From the NCBI RefSeq assembly GCF_009914755.1, contig NC_060944.1: DNA of 64,000 nucleotides, one strand, 5' to 3'. This stretch comes from the human T2T-CHM13v2.0 reference genome, Homo sapiens. How positions within the stretch are numbered: position 1 is the first letter of the stretch; each line of letters starts with the position of its first letter. The position numbers and the translations under genes are program-made. Of this stretch, positions 1 to 12,261 are shown piece after piece. The notes below the pieces were generated by a model. It did not search any database. It worked only from the letters and a program-made list of their open reading frames with translations, and was not told the DNA's origin.

Positions 1-1284
1 TGTGTGGTTTAGCTGGCGACCGTGGTGTCTGTATGTATGTGGTCATAGATTTGTTATAACCTCTTGTCTGCCAAGGCAAGACCACCAGTTCCATTTTAAT
101 TCTAAGTTAACCTCAGGCTGGAGTCAATCCATGCTGCTTGAACATAAACGCTGACACTCGATCCTCTCATCCTCTTGGCCCCACAATTTGTTGTTTTTCT
201 TTTTCTTTCTTTTTTTTTTCCAAGGGAGTTTGAACATTTGTTTGCAATCCAAAACCAACACTTCGTGTACAGGACATAGTGATTACATAATTCTTTATAG
301 GTTCTTATACTTTCCATGTATTGCAAATCTTGCTGCTCTGTTATAAAACATCTCAAATTAAAGAGCAATTTGTAAAAGACATACTTGGAGCTGGGACATT
401 AAGTTTTACTGTGGTAATCGTTTTGATTCTTTTGAGAGATACAGAATCAATACTTTAAGTAGAATCCTCTCTTTTTAAAGAATGGCTTGAGAGAGGCTGC
501 CTTTCGCTGTGTTTTTGAAATGGGTAAGACAGACCTCTATGCCCACATCCTGGCAGTGCAAATGTAGGTGACAAGATGATATTAAGTGAGAAACATTGAA
601 TTAACTTTTTTTAGAAAATTTAATTTTTGATGAAAGGAAAGAGGAAATTAGTCTGTTAAGCTTTTCAAACCTGATAGCTAATTGGTTTCATGCCCATGGC
701 TGTGAGAAGATTGTCATCTTTAATTTCTAAATCTGAATTTAAATCTCCTAATTCTTAGGCAGCCCAAGCATTTGTGAACTTAACAAAGAGTTGGGAAATT
801 TTTACCCTAACAATGGTTTGTGGCAAGCTCACATGGTGGCCTATGTCCATTGGTTCGATTACAAAAGTTACTTGATTTAAATATATTTCTATATTTGGAG
901 TTGTAGTTGTTCTCCAAGACTGCCTGCCCTCTTTCCAGAAATTTTGCCCAGTGACTTGTTTTCAGAAGTAACCAGTTAGACACTTTGTGAAATTGCCAAG
1001 GGTGCCTCTCTTAGTTACTAACCAAGTTTCACAAACGCTACATTATCATGAGTTAAAAATAATTTCTTTTGAGCTGGTTGAAGAAGACTGCTAACTGCTG
1101 AAAATATTGGGAGTGTTATGGGTGACCCTAAGAAGAGTGCTGATGTTTTCAGCCAATCACATCCAAATCCCTGCTTTTTGAGGTCTAAATCTAGTCCTTG
1201 CAGGAATCCTCTGAAATGGGAGACAGGTGAGATGTCAAGAGCATAATGGTAGAAATACAACATTGAACTCATCAGATGATCTAG

Positions 1285-1465
1285 TTAAGAGCTCCAATTC
1301 CATTAACATGCTGCCAACATTCCAGCAGCTGGGAATATCATTTAACCCTATCTAAGCCTCAGTTTCCTCATCTGTAAAATAGGGATAATAAATATCCATT
1401 TGATTAATGGACTGTGGTAAGGATTATATTGATAAGCTATGCCTAGTGTTTCACATGGCACCGTT
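1285..1465 (+). mobile_element. MIR SINE
   Basis: Core gcctcagtttcctcatctgtaaaatagggataata matches the MIR core. Confidence 0.75.
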
Positions 1466-1499
1466 GCTTACCGCCCTACTTGCTGTTTTCCCATCCTCT

Positions 1500-1860
1500 G
1501 TTGCAGAACACAGTCCATACTTCCCAATATGGCATGCTGGGCCTTCTATGGTCTGCCCTTAGCCTACCTTCCAGCTAGGTCTCTCACCAAGCTCTCTACT
1601 GCACAGGCTCTAATTCCTGGCCATGCTATACACCACCATGCCTCACGTTCCCTTTGCTAGAAATGCCCCATTCATTTCCATTCACAAGGCAATTTCCACT
1701 CTTCCTTTAAGAATCATCTCAAGCATCACTTTCTCTCAGAAGCTTTTTCTCTACCGTCGCATCTCTCCTTCATCTCCTCCAGCCTTTATACTGCTAGCCA
1801 AATGTCCCTACTTTTGCCTTAGCACTCACCTATTGTGTACAAACATGCTACTACTGCTGC
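1500..1860 (+). mobile_element. L2 LINE 3' fragment
   Basis: ggccttctatggtctgcccttagcctaccttccagc ... ctcaagcatcactttctctcagaagc resembles the L2 3' region. Confidence 0.6.
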
Positions 1861-2029
1861 TAGCATTATTCCTCTGACTAATTCACCTCTGCATCTTTCT
1901 ACTTTGCTCACTTCTTGTGATTCCCAGGCTCATTTAGTTTCTTTCTTTCAATCAGTATAAAAAAATGATTATGTTTGTTTACATTCAGGTTGGGCCAAGA
2001 AGACATATGTGCATAGAAATCTTTGAACT

Positions 2030-2170
2030 TTGCTGATAAGAGAAAGCCTAGAATTCCAAGCCAACTCCTTCATTGAATAGATGAGGAACATAAAGCCAAG
2101 AGAAAATGATAGGCTTGACAAAGTCAAAATAACCAGACCCAGATTGTCTGACTTCCAGCCCAATAGCCTT
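2030..2170 (-). mobile_element. MIR fragment
   Basis: cttcattgaatagatgaggaacataaagccaagaga resembles the antisense MIR core. Confidence 0.5.
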
Positions 2171-2389
2171 CCAGGAGAGCAACAGACATTGTGAGGAACA
2201 CAATGTCCCCTGTGACACAGGACACAATGTCAGAAATCAGCACCCATTTTCCTTCTTTGGTTAACAGTTATTTGGTTTTCTTTTGGGAAGTCATGCTTGC
2301 TCAACAATAAGTCCTCTTGGTCCCCCAGAGGGTTACTTCCCCAGCCCTAAGGGTGTACTCACAACCCAGGCCAGCTTAATTAGCATGTC

Positions 2390-2818
2390 TTATACCCTTG
2401 ACTATAGCCAATGGGTTTGTCAAAGGCATGAAATTCAGCTTGGCTCAGTAAAACTCAATTCCAGAACTTTTGCTAGAATTGTGGTGAAGACTCCGTGTGA
2501 TCATTAGCCATAAAGATGGGGTGAACCTTGGTCTGTTGGGGGTCACCATGTGGAGGTGCTTAGTTGAGAGTGAAGTTAGCAGAAAGAGAGGAGAGCCCAA
2601 GAGAGAAGGAAGTGGAGAGAGAGAAAGGGAGGAAAAGAATAAGGGCAGGGGAGGATGAGAGAGAGCATGAAATCCAGATTTGAGTCGCTGGATCCAGCTG
2701 TACTTGAAGCCTGCAGGAAGTCCTAGAATTTTTAGACACATGAGCCAGTAATTCTCTGCTCAAATCAATTTGATTGGGTTTTTTATTATTTGTGACTGAA
2801 AGAATTCTGAATTATACA
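2390..2818 (+). mobile_element. MaLR LTR (MLT1K/L-like)
   Basis: ctggatccagctgtacttgaagcc and 3' end tgtgactgaaagaattctgaattataca typical of old MLT1. Confidence 0.65.
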
Positions 2819-2864
2819 TGATCTAACTCTCTTCCTTGTTGCACACTTCTAGAGAGATTCTTAA

Positions 2865-3045
2865 TACCTAAATTCTAGAATTTTCAAGCTCTGCTACTCA
2901 AATGTCACTACCTCTCTGAGCCCTGGTTTCTTCAGATTTTAATTGAAAACAACTACTTTGTTTTTGGAAATTTAAAATAAGATACACTTGGTTAAGTGCC
3001 AGCACAAACTAGGTGGTCAATTAGAGGTATTTATTATGATGATTA
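2865..3045 (+). mobile_element. MIR fragment
   Basis: acctctctgagccctggtttcttca ... gtgccagcacaaactagg. Confidence 0.5.
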
Positions 3046-3194
3046 TGAATTTGATGTATCACACTTTGAGATTCAGATGCCATAGTGATTCTCTCTGTGT
3101 ATGGGGGTTGTTTTTAATTTAACATGTATGATTAAAATTTTAAAGTCACTTTTCAGGCGTGTTATCAAGATGTATCCATTAGAACATTAAACAT

Positions 3195-3470
3195 TAATAT
3201 ATTTATGTAGTGCTGCCTACCTGTCAAGCACTCTTCTAAGCATTTTGTAAATATTAACTTATTTAATCCTTTTAAGAAATTGAGGAGGTAATTTCTGGTA
3301 TTGTTTCCATTTTACAGGTGGAGAAATGGAGGCACTCATGGATCAAGCATTTTCCCAGGGCCACATAGTTAATGTAGCACTTAGAAGACTGGGTATCTTT
3401 TTCAATGCCACATAGTAGCACAGCTAGGAGTTGAACCAGGCAGTCTGGTGCTACAGGCCATACATTTTGA
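3195..3470 (-). mobile_element. MIR SINE
   Basis: ccattttacaggtggagaaatggaggcac ... ttgaaccaggcagtctg. Confidence 0.8.
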
Positions 3471-3489
3471 CATGTGTTTTGTTGCCTCT

Positions 3490-4045
3490 TGACAAAGTCC
3501 GTGGACTGTGATCCTGGGACCAACAGCATCAGTATCAACTGGGAACTTCTTAGAAATTCAAATTCTTGGGGCTATTCCCCAAATTTCTGAGTCAGAAGCT
3601 CTGGGGATAGGGCCCAGCAAGCTATGTGTTAACAGACTTTTTAGATCAGGGGTTCCCCCCAACTCCCAGGCCAAGAACCAGTACCAGTCTGTGGCCTGTT
3701 AGGAACCAGGCTGCACAGCAGGAGGTGAGGGCAGGTGAGCATTACTGCCTGAGCCCTGCCTCCTCCTATCAGATCAGTGGTGTCATGGCATTAGATTCTC
3801 ACAGGATCAAGAACCATATTGTGAACTGCACACACAAGGGATATAGGCTGCATGCTCCTTATAAGCATCTAATGCCTGATGACCTGAGCTAGAACAATTT
3901 CATCCTGAAACCACCTCCCCCTTCCCCCAACCCCGTCCGTGAAAAAATTGTCTTCTATGAAACTGGCCCCTGGTGCCAAAAAGGTTGGGGGTGGCTGTTT
4001 CAGATTATTCTTACTCAGGATAAAATTTGAGGACACCTGCCCTAG
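3490..4045 (+). mobile_element. MER5A (hAT-Charlie MITE), interrupted by MER1B
   Basis: ggaccaacagcatcagtatcaactgggaacttcttagaaat...; consensus resumes after 4005 (tttgaggacacctgccctag). Confidence 0.8.
3647..3997 (+). mobile_element. MER1B (hAT-Charlie), full length
   Basis: TIRs caggggttcccc / ggttgggggtggctg; internal gtggcctgttaggaaccaggctgcacagcaggaggtgag; 8-bp TSD ttttagat (3639-3646) / tttcagat (3998-4005). Confidence 0.9.
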
Positions 4046-4099
4046 CTCCTTAAATTTAAGCTATAATTCATAAATTGGGTTCTTACGGTGCATTAGGAT

Positions 4100-4370
4100 A
4101 ATGCATTGAATAGGTGATTTTTGGATGACTCCTATGTGCTAACTACCATTGTACTTGTAGGTGTTACCATGCAGAACGAAAGGTAAAGTATTCCTTGGGA
4201 AATAAACAGCCAAATAAAGACTTAAATACACACAAGATCTCAGCTATCACATTCGATAATTTCCAGAAAGAAAAGAAGTGTGATACCAGAGCACATGACA
4301 AGAAGTGGGTTTGAGGGTGAGAGGTGGGGGTGGTGTCATCAAAGTCTTTCTTAAGTGAATGATGATGTAT
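4100..4370 (-). mobile_element. L2 fragment (degraded)
   Basis: Antisense L2 3'-end-like sequence (ctcctatgtgctaactacc, ataaacagccaaata). Confidence 0.4.
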
Positions 4371-4430
4371 AAGAAAAAGTTGATGGTTCTGGACACTGGC
4401 TGCACATTGCAGTCTCTTGGGGAGGCCTAA

Positions 4431-4814
<384 letters not shown>

Positions 4815-5499
4815 AGCATTTTTTTAAATCACCTCAAGTGATATCAGTTTGCAGCCCAGGTTTAAGACTCCCTGAACTTAAGGCTATAGGGGAGATATGC
4901 AGGCCTGATGAAAGAGTGACATGAAAGAAGTTAGTGTCAGAACAAAGTGTTTGATAGCACAAAAAAGACCAAGAAGACAAAAGATTTGTGTATGTATAAT
5001 GCACTTGTGTAATATAATGTATTTACTACATGAGTGAATAAAACAGATTAGCTTTTAATACATGCTATTAAAAGATAAGCTACTAATACATGCATTTAGA
5101 GAAGAAGAAATGTTAGGAAAATACTAGTGGAAAATAGGATGTGAAGAGAGGTGAGTTCCTTCCTGTAGAGGAGTTTGCCACTTATGTAAAAAAACTAATC
5201 AACATTTATGGAGTGACTACTAAGTGCTCTCTAGCAGATGCCATGAAGACAATCCTTTTCTACTCTCAGTAGTCTCAGGTCTGCTGAGGTAATGCTTCCA
5301 GGAAAAACGGTTTTGATTTCAATATAAAATCGTAACTTGATTATGGTTATATGCCCACCTATAGATGGAAGATGGAAAATCCTTGAAAAATGTACTAGTG
5401 AACTGGTTCTGCTGATAACTTATTTTCAATACTACTTAAGTAACTATATAATTAGTGGAAAAAAGAATATTGTCTGAGACTAAAATGTGAAATATTAAT

Positions 5500-5980
5500 T
5501 GCATTTTTGGTCCCTATTGATAGCCGTCTCTGCATCTACACTCTTGGTAATTGAGACTTTGTGGATGCTCGTTTGAAGAGATAGAATCTAATTCCCTAAC
5601 CTTGTCTCTGGACTGGCCTTATGATTCTCTTTAACCATAGAATTTGGGAGAAGTGAGGATGTGCCTATTCTAAGTCTAGGCCTCAAGAAGTCTTGAAAGA
5701 TTCTGTTCCCTCTTGGTTAGTCCACTGGAGGATGAGAGACCCACGGCCCAATAACCTCCATTGCCTCGGCCAACAGACAGTCAACTTCCAGTCTCACCAT
5801 TGCCTAGACTACCACAGGGACCACAGACACATAACGGTGCCCAGCCAAGACAAGAAGAAACATCCAGCTGAGTCCAGCCTAAATTGCTGATCTGCAGAAT
5901 TGTAAGCTAGATAAATAGTTGTTGTTTAAAGACACTACGTTTTGGGATGGTTTGGGATACACCACTAGCTAATAGGTAAA
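5500..5980 (+). mobile_element. MaLR LTR (MLT1H-like)
   Basis: ccagctgagtccagcctaaattgctgatctgcagaattgtaagc...ttgttgtttaaagacactacgttttggg. Confidence 0.8.
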
Positions 5981-7109
5981 ATAAGATTTAAGAAACTTTA
6001 AAATAATTTAAAATAAAACTTTAATACATTTTATGGGATGATTCAGGAGACTCCTTCTGAAAAATAAGCCTTGTGAGGACAATGCTAACTAAAAATACAG
6101 TTTCTGAACACAAATTGTACTTTATTGCAGCAGTTAGCCTCTGCTCTTTTATTGTAGTATAATTAGTGTAATATCAAATAAACCTGGTTCAAGCCAAGAC
6201 AGGGAGGTTTCTAAGTACCAATAAGTTGTCTGTCTTGGTAGAAATTTAAAGGAACATGTTGAGTTTATTATTGTGTGGCATGTTATTTATCAGCAGGAGT
6301 GATTTTTGACAAAGAGGCCCCAACATAAATTTTCATTCTATTAAAAAATAATCGCAAAGTCCTGCTCCCAATCCAAGGCCACAAATAATTTAATTAAAGC
6401 CTATAAAACAGGACACACAAAAAAGTCACTCTGTTTCCTCCACTCCACAACTTGTATGTGTGGCTTACAATGCATTTACTTTATTATCAGTCTTGATAAA
6501 CTCTGGGGAAGAAAGCCAGGGGTAACCCACCTAATCCTTTCATGAAATGTCTCTCACATGACTTTGAGTTTGTGGGATCTTTTCTCAGGCCCCCATGCCT
6601 GAGTGCCTTTTGCTGATGGCCCTTCCCCATGAGTGAGGAAGTTGGGTCACTAGTTGAACACTAGGTTCAAGAGAGCATGAGAATCATGCTTGCAGCTGCA
6701 GTTAGCTGAGGGGCTGGTGGAGATCACTGCTCCATGATTCTATATTCTGAGTTCTGCCATTTTAATGATATCTGTACATGTTTTCTATCTTTGAAGATTC
6801 TTGGATTTTTACATATCAGAATCCCAAGGCTGAGATATAAAAATTTTAAAAATTAAACTCTTTGATTTTTAAAACCAGTTATTTGCTAAGTTCATGAAAT
6901 ATCCATTTTCATTAAATGAAGAGGTCTATGTGTCTGAGAATTGCATTGGTTTTCTGTCTGGGGGTATAGTGGTTCTCCCCCTGTCCACTTCTGCCAGTTC
7001 TGCCAGCATTATTCTTTCTTTACCCCACAGTGCAGGCTGAGGGGAACACCTGCTCTGCACTCTGGGTCCAGGAAAATATTTCATAGACTCATGGGAAAGA
7101 CCATGTCTT

Positions 7110-7270
7110 ATGGCAGAATGGAGGCTAATTTGGAGGTTAGGAAACCTTGCTCTAATTCTTGCTCTGCCACCCGTTACTGAATGATCTTGGATAGCTCACC
7201 AATTAGCTTCTGTTTCACCTATAGAAGGAAAATGTGGGAGTTGACAACCTCTTATATTTCTTTATAGCTA
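7110..7270 (+). mobile_element. MIR fragment
   Basis: tctaattcttgctctgccacc...tgatcttggatagctcac. Confidence 0.55.
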
Positions 7271-8282
7271 CTTATTATGGCAATAATTGGTCAGCATTGG
7301 AAGACATGGCCACTATATCTATGATTTTCACTGATTTTATTTCAAGAGCTAAAATAGCCTAAAGAACCTTAGGATTGCCTCCTGCCCTGGCTCGATTAGC
7401 CACCTTTAAGGCTTTGAACTCAAAAAGTCCTTAATGCCTTGGGGTTCATGTCCAGGTGATATTTGCAAATGAATATCAATCCTGAAATAATTTAGAGGTA
7501 TTTTCATTTAACATGTTTAAAGTGAAATTTTTTTTTTGCTTAAAATGGTATGCTTCAATTATGTGGAATTTTTAATTATAGAGACTTGAAATAATTCATG
7601 TGATTCACTAGTCCTGGAACTTCTTATCAAAGGATAGTGGGCCTTTTACCAACTCCATTAGGCTATCTCTACAGAAACACATCCTCATGTGAAGGTTTAG
7701 TCAAGGAGTTTTGTTGTTATCCAGAGCATGCTGCCCTTTAAAGAGAAGAAAGCTTTCCTTTTTGGGAAAAGACTTCTCTGATCAATTTTGGCTGAGGCTT
7801 AAGCAATGATTTATGGGTTTCAGTTGACCCATTTGTTATTTATCTAGGCAAAATGAGTTTTCTATTGATTGAATGTCTCCCCTGATTACGTTTAATCTTT
7901 GGAGTGGGATCTAAGGATGGAAGAAAGAGACATTCATGATAAATGTAGCTTTTTTTCCCTAGGAAAACTTGGGAGGAAGACATACTATACCACATGGTCC
8001 TTTCCTTTTTCTGTGGATGGCAAAAAGATGCATCACTTCCCGGAGCTTATGATAGAAGATGCTCCTTCGCCAGTGTGAGACACTTAAAAGGACAATGATT
8101 TGTGCAGGGAACTAACCCTGTGTGCTACGTGTCCTTTTGCTCCATTTTACTGATGTGACAATTGGAGCAGAATAGTTTATGTGGCAAATTTTCCCAGCAT
8201 TTATTTGCACTGCTTACTACATTCACATTCTAGTTTACAAATCTTGACAAAGACAACTGAATAGGTGTTTTGCATGAATGTA

Positions 8283-8810
8283 CTTATTTTGTATTGAAGT
8301 ATGACACACATGCAGAGAAGTGACATTGTCATAAGCAAATGGCTTGATGGCTTTTACAAACTGAATGTATGTATAACCAACATCGAGAACTAGAAGCAGC
8401 TTTTTCAGCCCCTCCTTCCTGAAACTTTTCCTCTCCTTCCACCTTGACCAAGTGTAATCTCTCTCCTGACCTCTGGCAGAATAGGTTAGTTTTGCTTATT
8501 TTTATTTTTATATGAGGTGAATCTCTAGTGTCTGGGTTCTTTTCCTGAAAGCTGTGTTTATGGAATTCATCCATATCATTGTATGTGGTTATAGATTCTC
8601 ATTGCTGTGTAGTAGTTCAATGGCATGAATATACACTAATCATTTATCTGTTCCACTGTTGATGTGCAATTGGAGAATTTCCAATTTAGAGCTATTATGA
8701 ATAATGCTGCTAGAGCCATTCTAATGCATATCTTCCAGTGAACACATATACGCAGTTCTCTTGGGAATATTCCTAAGTGTGGAATTGCTGGGTCGTAGAT
8801 GTACATTTTT
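8283..8810 (-). mobile_element. L1ME/L1MD-type LINE 3' end
   Basis: gctattatgaataatgctgct...cctaagtgtggaattgctgggtcgtag and ttgaagtatgacacacatgcagagaagtg terminus. Confidence 0.85.
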
Positions 8811-10661
8811 AAAAATCATAATATTAGAGTCGAGTATGCAGAATTGACTGAATTCTAAAACCAAAAGCTAATTTTTTGAAGTGTGAATTTCTGTTTGGGG
8901 AAAGTGAATAATGTGAAGAAACATAACATTTTTATTTATGGAAATAAATTTCATGTCCTCTGAGCTAACATCGCCCGTTCTTACGTCTGAATGGCAGGAT
9001 GTTGAGTGTGCTGACGCGGTCATTTTCTGCGGGGCTGCTCCCAGCTTAGCATTCTTGCCACATAAACTCTTCTAGCCCAAACCTTGAAATACTGCAGGAA
9101 GTGGCATCAGCCCTTTTGTGTTCTTTTCCGGCACCAGGTTGCTCATCTCTCCCTGTGCCCATTTGAGGTAATATACTGACAGTTGTCAAGATGAGTCATG
9201 GCTCTTTCTCAGACACACAGGGAGACCAAGTTTGTGACTAATCGACAAATCCTCTGGACACAGGCTGAGCCACCAAGAGCCACCCTCGTCCCGGCAAGTT
9301 CAGGCCTGGGCTGCAACCTCTGACAGCCAGAGGGGAAAGCAAACATTGGCAGAACAGTTCTGTTTATTTGCTTCTCTGATTTTGAAGACATGCAGCTTTC
9401 TCTCACTCTTCTCCATTTCCTCTAAAAAATTTTATTAATCTTAGCTTATTTATGGCCTTTAGCGTTTGTCTGCCTGTTCATGCATGTGCTCAGAATCTAA
9501 GGAGTATGGGCGTGAATAGAGGCCTCAGGGGAGATGTGGGCTCAAGCCGAGTCCAAGTGGCCTTTGAGCATTGCTGTCTTCCTGGCCACCTTTCACTCCC
9601 TATGACTCCTCTGACTCCTTTGCACAGATGTCATTGGATTAATATAAAGCAGGACTTGAAAACAATAAAGAGAAATAAGACGTGAACAAGAAGGATAAGA
9701 TGAGTCTTTAAGTGGTAGGTACTGATTATCTGCATAGATGTTTCAGGTCTCCTGAGATTTTTCTGGAAACCATTTTCCCAACTGTCCCAAGTTAGTTTTC
9801 AGACATTGCTCTAGAGTTGTGTGTGTATGTGTGTTAGTACAATGTCAGCACTAGGTTTTGCAATCACATATGTGCTGCTAGTTCTGTAGCATCTCCATGG
9901 AACTAGCCCTTGCAATTATAACAAAGTCTGATATTGGTTGGCTACAAGTAGGTATTGCCTTGTGTATGAGTTGGGTGATATTTTGAATCCCTGGAATTGT
10001 CCTCTTCACTTTGCAACATCCACTCACTCAGAAAAAGCCTTGCATCCCTTGCCTGAAGGGTGGAAGAGGTGGGGGTTTAAATTAGTTTCAAGGGACTGGA
10101 CAATTTCATTCTCACCTACTGAAAGCACCATGTTTGTTGAAGAGAAACTTTCAGAGTAGGCTCAATTAAGCCCAGACAGTTTGATTTAACTTGTTTTTAA
10201 TTGTAATGGGTTATTTTTTCTGGCACGGAGCCACCCAGAATTTCATCTGTGAGTTCCCCAGATAATCTCCATCTACTTTCACAATTTTCTCAGCAATATT
10301 CAGAATTCCCACTACAGTGGGACCTTCTCCCCTCCCCTGTTTTTGTATTCTTTACATCATTCAAGGGTTTGGAGATTAGAAGGCATCCTCTTGGTGAATT
10401 GTGGCTGGGAGAGGGGGTTTCTGCAGGAATACTCTTCACAAATCTACAGTCTGTCTTCAGAGGCCAAACTTGTTTCTTGTAGAACTAGAAGTCTCCAACA
10501 ATGGCAGGCCCCCTTCCTATATTCAGCAATTCCTTCTGTGTCTCAAAATCAGGGAGTTATTGCCTAATCTTTATTACAAAGAAGGGCCTGTTACCATCTC
10601 GGTTGGAAAGAGGAGGAATGGAGGAGTTAGTGTTAGGGAAACCAGTGCCCATTAACCTACC

Positions 10662-10830
10662 ACGGTGGTTTGTAAAGTGTGGTCCCTGGATCAGCAACAT
10701 AAGCATCACTTGAGGACCTCTGAGAGAAGCACACTTACTGAACCAGAAATTCTGGGGCTGGGCTTTTAACAGGTTTTAACAAGCCTTCCAGGTAATTCTC
10801 AAACAGGCTACAGTTTGGGATCAACTTCTT
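10662..10830 (+). mobile_element. MER5A
   Basis: aaagtgtggtccctggatcagcaacataagcatcac...ttttaacaagccttccaggtaattct. Confidence 0.8.
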
Positions 10831-11724
10831 TCATCAAAGATTGCTTTTGCCAGTCTTAAATAGTAAGACTGTAAATTTTGGAAGAAGTATCTCTGGGTTT
10901 TTCTTCCTCTTCTTCTTCTTTTCTCCATTTTCTTCTGTTTTTCAGTGGTGGTAACTTGTACTGCAAGACAACAGGTATAAAAAAATAAAAAAAACCCATG
11001 TAAAATATTAGCTGCAATTTCCTTAAGCCTGGGCTCTCTTTTTCCCAGTGGAAGACAGAAGAGCTACTGCAAAATATATTGAATGTTTATCCCCTCACCT
11101 TGTATATATTTGAAAAACGATTAAGTCTCTAATCTTAAGTTTCTGAACTGAATGCCTTCCAGACCAGGCTATCTGTCTGTCTTGATTTTTCTGAATAAAG
11201 TTATTAACTGCCTTTTTTGATGTATTCTTTTGCACGGTGGCTTCAAAATAGTGTTTTGGTTTTCTTTCCTTTCCTTTTGTTTTTTTCTGGAAATTTCTCC
11301 CAAGGGATTCTTAATTATGGACCTCTGTTGAGTATATATGATAACACAAAACTCTGGTTATGGCTGGAAAGCATAGAATTCAGAAGAAGGCTGTCTTACC
11401 ACTGCTACACCAACAAGTCGAGATAGGTGTTCCACAGTTTGTCCATTACAGGATAAATAGAGAATGGAAGGGCTCACTTCCTGAAACCTCAGTTGATGTC
11501 TAACATAGTGCGGGAAGGAGAAGTCATGGAGCAACAAATCATCCATTGTTCATTTCCTTGTCAAAGTTCTGGAAAGCTTTGGTGACTACCCATTTAATTA
11601 TGAGATTTAAAATCACCTTATTAAAGTATAATTTATATACAATAAAATATTAAATATTAAATATAGAGTTTGATGAGCTTGATGGATGTATACAACTGTC
11701 TCACAAATCACAATATATAACATT

Positions 11725-11892
11725 AATTATTATTATTATTATTTAGATACAGGTTCTCACTCTGTCACCCAGGCTGGAATACAGTGGTATGACCACAGCT
11801 CCTTGTAACCTCAAACTCCTGGGCTCAATCAATCCTCGCACCTCAGCCTCCCAAAGTACTGAGATTACAGGTGTGAGCCACCGTGCCCTCCC
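11725..11892 (-). mobile_element. Alu monomer (FRAM-like or left/right-arm chimera)
   Basis: Single ~150-bp arm with (ATT)n tail; TSD acaatatataacatt (11710-11724) / ataatatatgatatt (11893-11907). Confidence 0.9.
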
Positions 11893-12120
11893 ATAATATA
11901 TGATATTTTTATCAGCCAGAAACTTCCCGGATGTTCCTTTGTAGCCAGCCCCCCATCCCTGCCCTATGCAGCCACTGATTTGATATCTAGCACTACAGAT
12001 TAACCCTACTTCTCCTAGAACTTCATACAAATGGAATCAAACAGTATATACTTTTATGTTTATGTTGACTTCTTTCACTCAACGTAATATAAATATCCAA
12101 ACTTATGCCCCAGGCTAACA

Positions 12121-12261
12121 TTTTCTTTTCTTTTTTTTTCATTTTTAATTAACTTTGAAGTTCCAGAGTATATGTGCAGATTTACTATGTAGGTAAACCA
12201 GTGTCATGGGGGTTTGTCATACAGATTATTTTGTCACCCCAGGGATTAAGCCTAGTATCCA
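12121..12261 (-). mobile_element. Short 3'-terminal fragment of an old L1PA (PA13-16-like)
   Basis: ggtaaaccagtgtcatgggggtttgtcatacagattattttgtcaccc. Confidence 0.8.
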
